A stretch of 64,000 nt of DNA, from IMG/VR virus record IMGVR_UViG_3300037307_000895. One strand, 5' to 3'. A model generated the notes under the pieces. The model did not search any database. It had not been told where the DNA came from and was given only the letters and a program-made list of their open reading frames with translations. Both the position numbers and the translations under genes were made by a program. This DNA comes from an uncultured virus (IMG/VR IMGVR_UViG_3300037307_000895). Its lineage: Duplodnaviria > Heunggongvirae > Uroviricota > Caudoviricetes. Below, one piece after another: positions 8,954 to 19,082 of this stretch (the first letter of the stretch is position 1; each line of letters starts with the position of its first letter).

Positions 8954-9019
8954 ATGAAAATTAGAAATACAAATACAAGTTCGTCACGTAGTTCAAACAG
9001 CTCGAAGATTCGAAGTTGA
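8954..9019 (+). CDS. attenuator leader peptide (Ser/Arg-rich)
   Basis: MKIRNTNTSSSRSSNSSKIRS; AGATTCGA complementary to the terminator arm. Confidence 0.8.
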   Translation: MKIRNTNTSSSRSSNSSKIRS

Positions 9020-9046
9020 TTGTATTTTCATTGCCTATACAATATT

Positions 9047-9079
9047 AAAACCTCGAATCTAAAAAATTCGAGGTTTTTT
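9047..9079 (+). terminator. intrinsic terminator (attenuator)
   Basis: AAAACCTCGAAT...ATTCGAGGTTTT plus T tract. Confidence 0.85.
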
Positions 9080-9090
9080 GTTTTTTATAC

Positions 9091-9163
9091 GGTTCCATCG
9101 TTCAACTGGATAGGACTTCGGACTACGAATCCGATAATGAGAGTTCAAATCTCTCTGGAACTT
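9091..9163 (+). tRNA. tRNA-Arg(ACG)
   Basis: GGTTCCA/TGGAACT, TCGGA-CTACGAA-TCCGA. Confidence 0.9.
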
Positions 9164-9168
9164 CAAAT

Positions 9169-9256
9169 GGAGGGACGCAGTAGACAGAGCTACCCCGTCT
9201 TGAAAACGGCTAGGACGTAATCATCCGTCGTAAGGGTTGGACTCCCTTTCCCTCCG
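9169..9256 (+). tRNA. tRNA-Ser(UGA), atypical D/T loops
   Basis: GGAGGGA/TCCCTCC, CCGT-CTTGAAA-ACGG, long variable arm. Confidence 0.7.
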
Positions 9257-9302
9257 CACTTTGGGTTGTAGGTGACTTCGGGCCATAAGGAACCTTCAAT
9301 AA

Positions 9303-9391
9303 GGAGAGGTGGCAGAGTTAGGTTTATTGCACCGGTCTTGAAAACCGGAGGCCCTTAGCGGGGCCCGTGGGTTCGAATCCCACCCTCTCCT
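9303..9391 (+). tRNA. tRNA-Ser(UGA)
   Basis: GGAGAGG/CCTCTCC, CCGGT-CTTGAAA-ACCGG. Confidence 0.92.
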
Positions 9392-9398
9392 CAAAAAT

Positions 9399-9474
9399 GT
9401 TCCCGTATCAGCCTAGTCTTCGAAACTAGAAACTGTAATGGATGAAAATGTGGGTTCGACCCCCACCGGGAATT
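9399..9474 (+). tRNA. tRNA-Arg(UCG)-like, rearranged D-arm
   Basis: GTTCCCG/CGGGAAT, CTAGT-CTTCGAA-ACTAG; D-loop-like TAATGG lies after the anticodon arm. Confidence 0.65.
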
Positions 9475-9480
9475 CAAAAT

Positions 9481-9715
9481 ATTCAGGTAGTTTAACGGAT
9501 AAAACAGTCCTAAAACGTACGGATAGTCTTGAAGAAAGACGGGTTTTAACTTGCTACCGGAGGCATTCAATTTATGGTTGTGTATCAACTGTTGTAAGTC
9601 CAAAGGGTGTGAGGTTCGATCTGAATGGTTTACGGATGCACTGAGAAACACTCAGGAAGCGCGTTTCCAAGGACGATTTGTAAAACTTTTGTGGGTTCGA
9701 TTTCCATCCTGAATA
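9481..9715 (+). ncRNA. tRNA scaffold with ~158-nt insert in the anticodon loop
   Basis: ATTCAGG/CCTGAAT, D-arm GTTT/AAAC, GTCCT..insert..AGGAC, T-arm GTGGG-TTCGATT-TCCAT. Confidence 0.6.
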
Positions 9716-9721
9716 CAAATT

Positions 9722-9806
9722 GGAAGATTGTCAGAGTGGTCTATTGTACTTCTTTGCTAAAGAAGCGGGTGTAACAGCCCCACAGGTTCGAATCCTGTAT
9801 CTTCCG
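9722..9806 (+). tRNA. tRNA-Ser(GCU)
   Basis: GGAAGAT/ATCTTCC, CTTCT-TTGCTAA-AGAAG. Confidence 0.9.
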
Positions 9807-9815
9807 CATAAAATT

Positions 9816-9906
9816 GGAAGTGTACCCAATGTTGGCAAAGGGGACGGTTTGCTAAACCGTTAGGTCGGTTAATCCCGGCGAGTGGGGTCGGCACCCACCA
9901 CTTCCG
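9816..9906 (+). tRNA. tRNA-Ser(GCU)
   Basis: GGAAGTG/CACTTCC, ACGGT-TTGCTAA-ACCGT, variant T-loop. Confidence 0.8.
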
Positions 9907-9911
9907 CAAAT

Positions 9912-10000
9912 GGTGGGATACCCAAGTGGTTATAAGGGGCTTGCTTGGAAAGCAAGTAGGTCGTTAATTCGGCGCATGGGTTCGAATCCCATTCTCACCG
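9912..10000 (+). tRNA. tRNA-Ser(GGA)
   Basis: GGTGGGA/TCTCACC, CTTGC-TTGGAAA-GCAAG. Confidence 0.9.
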
Positions 10001-10015
10001 CTAAAAAATAAAATT

Positions 10016-10213
10016 ATGATTTTAGAAGAAAAAATAGATGAATTGATTTTTGTTGAACAAAGGACATTTTATATCTATAATTCAGAAGAAGATAGAAAAG
10101 CCGGAAAATATTTATTTGTAACTTCCGACGAGAGTGCCTTTTTAAAACAAAAAGAAAAACTAAAAAGTAAATTATCAATCATCAGAGACGAAAAAATAAA
10201 TAAGATTTTATGA
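10016..10213 (+). CDS. hypothetical protein with C-terminal tag
   Basis: ends IRDEKINKIL. Confidence 0.6.
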   Translation: MILEEKIDELIFVEQRTFYIYNSEEDRKAGKYLFVTSDESAFLKQKEKLKSKLSIIRDEKINKIL

Positions 10214-10500
10214 TAATTGGTAAGTGCCCCATATGTGATAGAGATATGATTGAAGATGTTTATGTAGATCGTCATCACTTCTACCCAAAATGTAAAGGAG
10301 GACGTGAAACTGAATGGGTGCATAAAATATGCCATCGTAAAATTCATTCTGTTTTTACCGAAACTGAATTAGCTAAACATTATAATAATGCAGAATCGGT
10401 AAGAGAACATCCCGAAATGATCAAATTTATAAAATGGGTATCTAAAAAAGATCCTGATTTTTATGATAAAAATATAACACATAATAGAAAAAGAAAATGA
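10210..10500 (+). CDS. small HNH endonuclease-family protein
   Basis: CPICDR..HHFYPKCKGG..CHRKIH. Confidence 0.8.
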   Translation: MIIGKCPICDRDMIEDVYVDRHHFYPKCKGGRETEWVHKICHRKIHSVFTETELAKHYNNAESVREHPEMIKFIKWVSKKDPDFYDKNITHNRKRK

Positions 10501-10949
10501 AAACTTTAAAAGAATATCAAGAACACATTCAGAAAATGAAAGAGGATCCTGAATATAAAAGGCAATATCTTTTAGGAGTCAAACAAAAGCAGAAGGAAGA
10601 TTTTGCTAAGATAAAACCATTTGAAAAAGCAGAAGATGTTCCTCAATTGCCAAGAGCTGATAATTTAGAAGAATGGAAAGAATTTTATGTTCCGATAATA
10701 ATCAATAAAGGAGGAATACCAAAAGAAAAATTAGTTGATGAGGAATGGTATTACGGTGACCACAGAAGATGTCATTTTGCTAAATGGAATGAAAAGGAAA
10801 ACAAATTCGAATATGTAAGATATAAATTTGGTTACTATTGGGATGAATGTAATCACTTTGAAGATGATGATGGATTCGCTCTATTTGTTCCTTTAAGAAT
10901 CGCAACTGAAGAAGAAAAAGAAGAACAACTAAAAAATATAAATAAATAA
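10497..10949 (+). CDS. hypothetical protein
   Basis: ORF track, operonic overlap. Confidence 0.6.
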   Translation: MKTLKEYQEHIQKMKEDPEYKRQYLLGVKQKQKEDFAKIKPFEKAEDVPQLPRADNLEEWKEFYVPIIINKGGIPKEKLVDEEWYYGDHRRCHFAKWNEKENKFEYVRYKFGYYWDECNHFEDDDGFALFVPLRIATEEEKEEQLKNINK

Positions 10950-10950
10950 T

Positions 10951-11409
10951 ATGAAATACTATCAAACAGACCAATTGCAAAAGATGATAAATTGGGAAAA
11001 GATAATGGATTTACCAAGATATGCGGGTGGTCATGACGACCAAATGATATCTCTTTTTAAAGATTCTGTTTTGGTAGGACACTGGAATGAAGGTGATTAT
11101 CAAGGAGAAGTGGCTACTTGTGTTTGTTTATCAGATGGTAAGTATGCTATTTATAATGATTATTATGGATCTTGTTCAGGATGTGATGCTTGGGAAGGAG
11201 CTACAGATGATGAAGTTAGAGCAATGTGTATAGGCCTTTCTAATGATGCATATGTATTTGAATCTCTAACTGATGTAGTTGATTATTTAACTACAAAGGA
11301 CAAAGATAAATATTCATGGAATGGAAAATGTTCTGAAGGACTATTGAAATCTATTCAGGATAATATATCAGCTATGAGAGATTTGAAAATAAGTAAGATT
11401 ACAAAATAA
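10951..11409 (+). CDS. conserved phage protein (YGSCSGCDAW motif)
   Basis: ORF track; C-terminal MRDLKISKITK. Confidence 0.6.
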   Translation: MKYYQTDQLQKMINWEKIMDLPRYAGGHDDQMISLFKDSVLVGHWNEGDYQGEVATCVCLSDGKYAIYNDYYGSCSGCDAWEGATDDEVRAMCIGLSNDAYVFESLTDVVDYLTTKDKDKYSWNGKCSEGLLKSIQDNISAMRDLKISKITK

Positions 11410-11527
11410 TATATAATTAAATATTTTTTATTTAAAAATAAATTCGTATATTTGTATAATGAGAAGAAATTATAAACATAAGTAATTGTAAGTCAAAGCC
11501 TGATATTTCAGCGATAATGCTGTATTG

Positions 11528-11552
11528 AACCCGGTCTTTGGCCGGGTTTTTT
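11528..11552 (+). terminator. intrinsic terminator downstream of a promoter and micro-ORF
   Basis: AACCCGGTC-ttt-GGCCGGGTT plus T tract. Confidence 0.75.
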
Positions 11553-11573
11553 ATTTAAAAAAAATTAAATATC

Positions 11574-12949
11574 ATGAAAAGTATTAATAAAGGTGATAAA
11601 GTAAAAATGACAGAAAAGTTGAAAATATCTTTGATGTCGAATGGTTGTGAAGATCATGTAATTGAATTTGGAAATTGTATAGGTATTGTCGAAGATAGGT
11701 GTTATCCAAATATTAATGAAGCTACAGAAGTTAATGTCAGGTGGCAGCCATCAGGTCTTAGATATGGATACTTTCCAGATGAATTAGAAAAAATTAAAGA
11801 CTAAATGTTATGAAAAACAAAGATATAAATTGGCTCAACGATAAGATTCAAGATATCAAAAAGAGAAAAAGAAGTCTTGAAATGCTTATAGATCCTGAAT
11901 TGAAAAAGAAAATTAGGAAAGATTTAAAGCGTGAATATCGTTCTGTCAAAAGATCAGAAAAGCAGAATGTGGATAAACACATTAAAGAAGAAATTAACAA
12001 ATACAACAATTAATTATGAAATTAACTCAAAAAGATTTCCAAGAAGGACAAGTTTTAACTTGTGTAAAATTAAATTGTGATGGTTATAATGGGGGTGATG
12101 TAGATGATGAAAGATTGATACTCGGCGAAAAATATACAATCACAGATTTGGACTTTCATTTTCCCGACAGAGTTTGTGTTAAATTGAAAGGTCCTTATTA
12201 TTTTCACGAAGAATTTGTTCCAATTGAATGTTTTTGTGATACGGCTTATATTCGTAATGAAAAGATTAAAGAAATTTTAAAATGAAAGATATAGAAAAAT
12301 ATAAAATTGAAACTAAAGTAGAACCAATAGCAGCATATTTCACCCTGTTGATGGGTATGTTAAAAGAGCCTTTTATGTCGTCAGACCTTAAATATCTGAT
12401 TATACAAGGCTCTTACACAAAACTGATGGATATGGGTTATTCTAGAGAAGAAGTTGCTGATTTTGCTGATAAGGTTTCTGTATTTGTTAAAGAGAATATT
12501 GAAATAAACTCTTTTATGGGATAAAAAATTATTATAAAAATGAAAAGCGAAGTTTGTAATCATGATAGTGTGAAAAATGTGTCTTCTCATAGACTAAATG
12601 ATCATATTGTTTTTATACAAGTGACTTGTATATTATGTGGAATGATTAGATATGAAACAAAAGATTTAAAAACGGGTTCAGTAACAACATCTATATGGTC
12701 AAAAAAATGAAAATAGTAAGAGGTAAAACTCCTTATCTTATGGACGCTATTAGCGTCTTGAGTGTTAGAAAATTATTTGATGATAATGCGGAATGCAAAT
12801 TTGATTTTAATTGTGTGTCCAAAAAATTAACAATTTTAGATAATTACAAAACACAACAAGACTATATGTACGGAAAGGAATACCGAGTAGAATACTTACC
12901 AGACTTACAATATATCAGAGAAGAAAAAATTAAAGAAATATTAGAATGA
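11574..12949 (+). CDS. cluster of short hypothetical proteins (11574-11804, 11810-12013, 12016-12285, 12282-12524, 12695-12949)
   Basis: Tightly packed co-oriented ORFs; two end in the R.EKIKEIL tag. Confidence 0.55.
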
Positions 12950-13605
12950 AATCATATCCGAAAATAGAACATTATAATAAGGCTCCCTTTGGAGAACATT
13001 GCTATGCCTTCTACAAACATGATGGTTCTAACTTCCGTGCTGAGTGGGGTAGAAAAAGAGGTTGGTATAAATGGGGTACAAGAAATGTAATGATTGATAA
13101 AAATACTCCTTTTTATGGAGAAGCTATTGATATCTTTTTGAATAAATATGGTCAAAATTTAGATGATGTATTCAGAATTGAATATCCTAAAGTTGATAGT
13201 TTTGTTGTCTTTGGTGAATTTTTAGGTCCGAATTCTTTCGCTGGCAAACACGTTGAAACTGATAATATGGATGTAATTATATTTGATGTTAATCAACACA
13301 AAAGAGGTTTCTTACCACCTAAAGAATTCATTGAAAATTTTGGTCATCTTGATATTCCTAAAATTATCTATCAAGGAGAATACAACCACGAATTAATCAA
13401 AAAGGTAAAAGCCAACCAATTTGGATTAGAAGAAGGTGTAGTCTGTAAAGGTGTGATTAAAACGAAAAAAGAAGGTGAAGTTGTTTGGATGAATAAAATA
13501 AAAACCAATCAATGGATCGAAAAAGTAAAAATATTGTATGGTGAGAAGGCACTGATTGAAGAATTCAATAGTGACTCTAAAATATTAAAAGAATATGAAT
13601 ACTAA
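12946..13605 (+). CDS. ATP-dependent RNA ligase-like nucleotidyltransferase
   Basis: Motif I KHDGSN, FGEF, IFDV, EEGVVCK, KIK. Confidence 0.75.
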   Translation: MKSYPKIEHYNKAPFGEHCYAFYKHDGSNFRAEWGRKRGWYKWGTRNVMIDKNTPFYGEAIDIFLNKYGQNLDDVFRIEYPKVDSFVVFGEFLGPNSFAGKHVETDNMDVIIFDVNQHKRGFLPPKEFIENFGHLDIPKIIYQGEYNHELIKKVKANQFGLEEGVVCKGVIKTKKEGEVVWMNKIKTNQWIEKVKILYGEKALIEEFNSDSKILKEYEY

Positions 13606-14320
13606 AAAGAGAATATTCAGTTTAAGGGGTATATCACCTGATTATCCAAGAATACCACATTTAGATAAAAAAATATCTAATATGACACACGATGATATTC
13701 TTTCTGATAATTCTATTGTCTATCCCATAGACGGATATGTTCAAGAAAAAATAGATGGTGCTAACTTGGGTGTTTCATGGTATAAAAATGGACCGATTGT
13801 TAGAAATAGAAATAATATCTTAAAGAAAGGTTATTCTAAAATACACACACCTGCAAAAGAGCAATTCAAATCTACATGGAATTGGGTTCATGATAATAGA
13901 AAAGATATTCAAATAATATCTGAAAAATTAATGTCTGAGATAACAATTTACGGCGAGTGGATGATTGCACAACATTCTATTGAATATAATAAACTCCCTG
14001 ATTGGTTTATCGCTTATGATATATGGGTAGTAGAAGATAATAAATTTTTGTCTCCAAAGAAAGTGGAAGAACTACTTTCTAAGACAAACATATCTTATAT
14101 TAAACCACATAAGACAGTATTAAATGATACTAATGATGTGATTAGGTGGTCAGAAATGCCATCTGATTATAGAAATGGTGTTCGTGAGGGAATTGTTATT
14201 AAAACTGTGGAAGGTGATTATATTAAAGATACTTATAAGGTAGTTAATAAGCACTTTGTTCGTAGAGAAGATTTTAATGAAAAATTAATTAGAAATAAAT
14301 TAATAATTAATGATTATTAA
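13595..14320 (+). CDS. ATP-dependent RNA ligase (Rnl2-like)
   Basis: QEKIDGAN, YGEW, AYDI, REGIVIK, YKVVN. Confidence 0.85.
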   Translation: MNTKKRIFSLRGISPDYPRIPHLDKKISNMTHDDILSDNSIVYPIDGYVQEKIDGANLGVSWYKNGPIVRNRNNILKKGYSKIHTPAKEQFKSTWNWVHDNRKDIQIISEKLMSEITIYGEWMIAQHSIEYNKLPDWFIAYDIWVVEDNKFLSPKKVEELLSKTNISYIKPHKTVLNDTNDVIRWSEMPSDYRNGVREGIVIKTVEGDYIKDTYKVVNKHFVRREDFNEKLIRNKLIINDY

Positions 14321-14371
14321 GTCATTTGAAGATTGGCTAAATGAAGGTGTTGATTTTAAGGATAATTTCAC

Positions 14372-14404
14372 AAAAAGAGAGTCTGTAATTGACTCTCTTT
14401 TTTT
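14372..14404. terminator. bidirectional terminator
   Basis: AAAAAGAGAGTC-tgtaatt-GACTCTCTTTTT between convergent genes. Confidence 0.75.
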
Positions 14405-14405
14405 A

Positions 14406-15638
14406 TTAGTTTCCTTTTGATGGGAATCTTGTCCAATCTTTTAGCCAATCTACTGAACCAACAGCTCCTTGTGAAATTCCAATAGGCGAGACCCCATTTA
14501 ATGGCCAAGTATCTAAGATTACATTTCCATCTGATAAAGCTTTATTTTTAACATCAGATGATGATATCACACTTGATTTTGATATAAAATTTTGAGTGGG
14601 ATCGAATGATTTAACAACATTATTTTTAAATTGACTAACTCCATCTTTATATGATTGAGCAGTAGCATCACTTTCTAAACTAAAGCTACCTTTCATCCAA
14701 CCAACTACAATTGAATTTTCCATAGTAAATCTAGTTGATCTTCTCCATCTTAATCCTAAATTATGATTTGATAATGATGAAGCATCATTAGGTCCAATTA
14801 AAGTCATATTAATCATCTTTGGATGTGTAATAGGAGTAGCAGAAGATCCTGTTCCGTCATTATCACATTCTACACCATTACCAGCATCTCCATTATCTAC
14901 AAATAATGGATCTCTTTTAGATATAGAATAGGATACGGTCCCAGTATATCCAAAGTCAAAGTCAAAATCATCATCAGCAGTGGCATAAGCAACTAAATTT
15001 TTTACATTAACAGTGCCCCCGAAGAATTCAAAAGCATCATCATTAGCATAAACACTTTGAACATATTCAATTTTGGTTCCTCTACCAACTCCACCTAATG
15101 TTAGAGCGTTTATTTCACTATTTGGAAACGCAGCCACACCAGCATATTCTATTCTAACATATCTCATAATTCCACTATTATCATCATCATCGTTTCCACC
15201 ATATTGTCTACCAACACCACCTTCAATAGTTGGGGTAGTAGTTCTATTGGTTTTTGCCTTTCCTAAAATAATTATCCCACCCCAATCACCAGGACTTCTC
15301 TGACCGACTGGCTTTCCTGAAGTAAAAACGATTGGATTTGATGAAGTTCCTTGTGCATCTATCTTTCCGCCTCTTTCTACACATAAAGCTCCCTTTTCAA
15401 CAACATCACTTTTAATTGTTGTTCCTGGTAATATTACTATTTTACCACCCTCCACTACATAAACATAACCTTTTATTATCCATTCTTTATCAGGAGTAAG
15501 TGTAATAGTATTTGTAATGTTTCCTGTTATAACATTATTAGTAGGAACATTAATTAGTAAGTCATCATTCCCACCCAGTTCTTTTTTACATCCGAAAAGG
15601 AATAAAGTAGATAAAGCTAATAGCGATATTTTTTTCAT
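14406..15638 (-). CDS. Bacteroidetes-type beta-helical lipoprotein paired with a TBDR
   Basis: Lipobox LFGC; GDWGGIIILG, DDAFEFFGG, DDDFDFD motifs. Confidence 0.75.
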   Translation of the reverse strand: MKKISLLALSTLFLFGCKKELGGNDDLLINVPTNNVITGNITNTITLTPDKEWIIKGYVYVVEGGKIVILPGTTIKSDVVEKGALCVERGGKIDAQGTSSNPIVFTSGKPVGQRSPGDWGGIIILGKAKTNRTTTPTIEGGVGRQYGGNDDDDNSGIMRYVRIEYAGVAAFPNSEINALTLGGVGRGTKIEYVQSVYANDDAFEFFGGTVNVKNLVAYATADDDFDFDFGYTGTVSYSISKRDPLFVDNGDAGNGVECDNDGTGSSATPITHPKMINMTLIGPNDASSLSNHNLGLRWRRSTRFTMENSIVVGWMKGSFSLESDATAQSYKDGVSQFKNNVVKSFDPTQNFISKSSVISSSDVKNKALSDGNVILDTWPLNGVSPIGISQGAVGSVDWLKDWTRFPSKGN

Positions 15639-15646
15639 TTTTATTT

Positions 15647-18118
15647 TTATTTTATTTTCACATTAAGTGATAGGTTTATAGTTCTTTCTTGGCGATTATT
15701 CATCAAAGGTAATTCTCTATCTTTTTGATAGAACTTCATATTTTGACCTAATATATTTCCAAGTGATAACTTAAATTCAAAATTATTATTTAATTTATAA
15801 ATTGTTGTTATATCAATTATATCTCTTGAATTTTCATAAATATCTGAATATCCCTGAAATCCAACTAATGATATTCTTTCTCCGGTTCTATTATAAGAAA
15901 TGGTTGAAGATAATTTTCTATAATTAAAAGAAGATGCGATATTAATATTATAAGGAGATTGTCCTTGTAAAGGTCTATTTCCAGTTTCGGTTTTAACATT
16001 TGAATAAATTAAAGAAACATTTGAATATAGTGTCATCCATTTAAAAACATTCTTTCTAAAATCTAATTCTCCACCAAATAAAATAGCACTCTTTGAATTT
16101 TTATAACTTAATAATAAATTAGAAGGAACAGATCCAGCATCTACAATCATTTCTATTGGATTGTCGAATTGTTTACCAAATAATCCAAATGAAAATGTTT
16201 CAGAATTACTAATATTCTTCTCCCACTTCATATCAACATTTGAAATATTTGCGATGGTTAAATTAGGATTGCCTATAATTTGTGCATTTCTAACGAAGTC
16301 ATAATAAGTGAAATTAGATATTTCTCTTAATTCTGGTCTAGAAACGCTTCTACTAGCTGAAAATCTTATTTTATTCTTTTCAGTTATCATATATGATAAG
16401 TTAATAGAAGGTAATAATGACGGATAATTATTTTTTACAATAACATCACTACCACCAAAGTCAGAAGTTTCTACTCCGAAAGAATTATATTCAAATCTTA
16501 ACCCACCATTAAACTTCCACTTATTTAAGCTTTTATCATACATTACATAAGAAGACATAGTATAAAAATTAGCAGAATATCTATCGGTATTATTTGTTAT
16601 CTCTTCTAATAAATCTTTAGATTGATATCTAAATACTCTTGCTTGAAAATATCTATTCTTATTTAAATAAGAAACACCTGTTTTAAATCCACGATTTTCA
16701 TAATTTAATGTGCCATTAAATCCACTTTCATACATTGTGCTCCAAAATCTATAACTATCTCTCCAAACAGTACTAAATGTGTCCGTTGTTCCTATAGATC
16801 TCTGTAAAGGATTTATTCTGTAATCTGGTTGATCTCTGGTAATAACATTATATCCTATTGTACCATTGATATTATCTTTTTTGAAATCGATTAGTGAGTT
16901 AAATAATAGTTTATTAACTGTATTAGAAGATTGTAATCTAACATCTTGTAAATTATCATAGTTTTCTCCAGTTCTATTGATAAAGGAATTTTCTGAATTA
17001 TAATTGAATATATTTTTCCAATTTAACTTAATTCCTTTATTATAAGATAAATTTAATAATCCATTAATAGAATAAGATTGAACATAACCAGTGTCATTAT
17101 AATTATATGCCAATTCATTAGGTGAGAAATATTCTAATCTATTGGAATAAATTACAGAATTATTCCTAGAAGAGGATACACTAAATATTGAAGAAACATC
17201 TCCTATTCTTTGTGATCCATTTAAATTCAAATTTAAATTTGGATATGTATTTAAAGAATATGAATTTGGATTTGATATTAAAGTTGTATAAGTCTTTCTA
17301 TCAGAAATGTCAGAAGATTTAAATTTTTGAGTAGAGGGAAAATTATTAGGAAAATTTACTGATTTAACTGATTCAAAATTTTCATTAAATAGTAGATTAT
17401 TAGTCCCTATTAAAGCACTTAAGTTTAAAGAATTTACATATGTTGATTTTGTAGTTAATTGTACTAAACCACCAGAAAAATCTCCCGGCAAATTAGCTGA
17501 TGGTGATTTTATAACAATAACATTATCGATTATTGAATTCGGTATAATGTCATATGAAAAAGTTCTTCTATCTGGCTCAGTTGATGGTAATAATCCCCCA
17601 TCCATCATTGATAAATTATATCTGTCTGCCAATCCTCTAACGACAATAAACTTATCATCTTGAACTGTGATTCCACTAATTCTTCTTAAAGATTCTCCCA
17701 TATTTCTATCCGGAGTCTTTTTTATAGTCTCAATAGAAATACCATCGGATACTGAAGATGAATTTCTAATGGTTGATATAACCGATGTTACTGTTTCTTT
17801 TTTGTATGTACCCTTTACTTCTACAGCATTTAAAGTAGAAACCTTTTTATCCAAATTAAAGATGATTGTAGTATCTGATTTTATGTTTAACACCTGTTTA
17901 AAATCAAAAGTTGAAATGTGTGTTATTGAAATTGTATTTGTTCCTTTTACTAAATTTATTTGGAATTTTCCATTGGAATCTGATAATACATACGATTTAT
18001 TTAAAATAATAGCTGCCCCTTCTAGTGGCTTTCCCTCCGACTCAACTACACCATTCAATACTTGACCTTGTACCAAAAATGAAGTAATTAAAAGCCACAA
18101 TGTTAATAATATTCTCAT
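15647..18118 (-). CDS. TonB-dependent receptor
   Basis: Signal peptide, carboxypeptidase-like N domain, plug (VRGLADRYN), GNPNL, beta-barrel. Confidence 0.9.
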   Translation of the reverse strand: MRILLTLWLLITSFLVQGQVLNGVVESEGKPLEGAAIILNKSYVLSDSNGKFQINLVKGTNTISITHISTFDFKQVLNIKSDTTIIFNLDKKVSTLNAVEVKGTYKKETVTSVISTIRNSSSVSDGISIETIKKTPDRNMGESLRRISGITVQDDKFIVVRGLADRYNLSMMDGGLLPSTEPDRRTFSYDIIPNSIIDNVIVIKSPSANLPGDFSGGLVQLTTKSTYVNSLNLSALIGTNNLLFNENFESVKSVNFPNNFPSTQKFKSSDISDRKTYTTLISNPNSYSLNTYPNLNLNLNGSQRIGDVSSIFSVSSSRNNSVIYSNRLEYFSPNELAYNYNDTGYVQSYSINGLLNLSYNKGIKLNWKNIFNYNSENSFINRTGENYDNLQDVRLQSSNTVNKLLFNSLIDFKKDNINGTIGYNVITRDQPDYRINPLQRSIGTTDTFSTVWRDSYRFWSTMYESGFNGTLNYENRGFKTGVSYLNKNRYFQARVFRYQSKDLLEEITNNTDRYSANFYTMSSYVMYDKSLNKWKFNGGLRFEYNSFGVETSDFGGSDVIVKNNYPSLLPSINLSYMITEKNKIRFSASRSVSRPELREISNFTYYDFVRNAQIIGNPNLTIANISNVDMKWEKNISNSETFSFGLFGKQFDNPIEMIVDAGSVPSNLLLSYKNSKSAILFGGELDFRKNVFKWMTLYSNVSLIYSNVKTETGNRPLQGQSPYNINIASSFNYRKLSSTISYNRTGERISLVGFQGYSDIYENSRDIIDITTIYKLNNNFEFKLSLGNILGQNMKFYQKDRELPLMNNRQERTINLSLNVKIK

Positions 18119-18249
18119 TCGTTTTTTTATTTTTATATATTTTTGTATTTTAAAATTTTAAAGTGTGATTTCAATATTGTTCTTACATAATCCTTGATAA
18201 TAAAGTGTTTCCGAGTAATGTTATCTTATTGCTAAGTAATTTGGATTAA

Positions 18250-18660
18250 ATGATATCTATTTTGTATCTTTGTAAAAACTATCAAATGGACATTAAGAAT
18301 TTAAAAGGAAAAGATTTTGAAGATTTTAAAAAAAATTTCAAAGTTGAAAGTTATTGGGCACCGACTACTTATACCTCAATGATTGATGGTCAAAAATATG
18401 CTATCGCTATTGGAAATCCTTGGATTCCTATTCCTGATTTAATGACGCAGAAGGAAGTTCATAATAGTTGGGTTAAAAAAGAGTTTACTAAACCATCCAA
18501 CTCTACAATCTCAAAAAAGATAAAATCAAGTAGAGGAAAAGGTGAATACACAGTGACCTTCAATGGATCATGGAAATGCACTTGTTCGGGATTCAATTAC
18601 AGAAAAAATTGTTCACATATTGATACGGTAAAAAAAGAATTAAAAGACAAATTAAAATAA
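18250..18660 (+). CDS. SWIM zinc-finger protein (start probably 18286)
   Basis: CTCSGFNYRKNCSH. Confidence 0.7.
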   Translation: MISILYLCKNYQMDIKNLKGKDFEDFKKNFKVESYWAPTTYTSMIDGQKYAIAIGNPWIPIPDLMTQKEVHNSWVKKEFTKPSNSTISKKIKSSRGKGEYTVTFNGSWKCTCSGFNYRKNCSHIDTVKKELKDKLK

Positions 18661-18661
18661 T

Positions 18662-19072
18662 ATGCACGCAATAAATACAATTATAATTAAAGAATCAGAA
18701 TTAAGAGATAAGAAAATTTCTGATATTTTATCAGATACAAAATCTAAGAAAATAAAATCTGTAAATCTTGGGCATGGTATGGTGGCTTTTCCCACTCTAA
18801 GTAAAGGAGATATATCTAAGATTTTTGGAGAGAATATCTACTTTGTAGAAGTGAGAACCAATTACTTTGGTGGATCTGGCGACCAATCTGCGGGTCTTTA
18901 CAAAACTGAAGTAAAGGGGTTCAAGAAAATTAAATTTCTTGACAGTGAGTTTGATTGGACAATACAGCCAATTAACAATATACTTAGGGAATATGGTTTG
19001 GTAAAAAATTCGGGTGAAGATGAATTTGACACCATTAATTTGGGTAGATACAGAAGTAATGAGGATTTTTAA
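18662..19072 (+). CDS. hypothetical protein
   Basis: ORF track. Confidence 0.6.
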   Translation: MHAINTIIIKESELRDKKISDILSDTKSKKIKSVNLGHGMVAFPTLSKGDISKIFGENIYFVEVRTNYFGGSGDQSAGLYKTEVKGFKKIKFLDSEFDWTIQPINNILREYGLVKNSGEDEFDTINLGRYRSNEDF

Positions 19073-19082
19073 TAAAAAAAAA

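Noticed and set aside
9481..9715. tmRNA partner of SmpB
   Set aside because: It has a D stem, lacks the G3.U70 alanine acceptor and shows no clear tag ORF
6779..17900. Antisense ORFs inside long genes (6779-7117, 7595-7885, 15073-15303, 17667-18065)
   Set aside because: Opposite-strand shadows of well-supported CDSs
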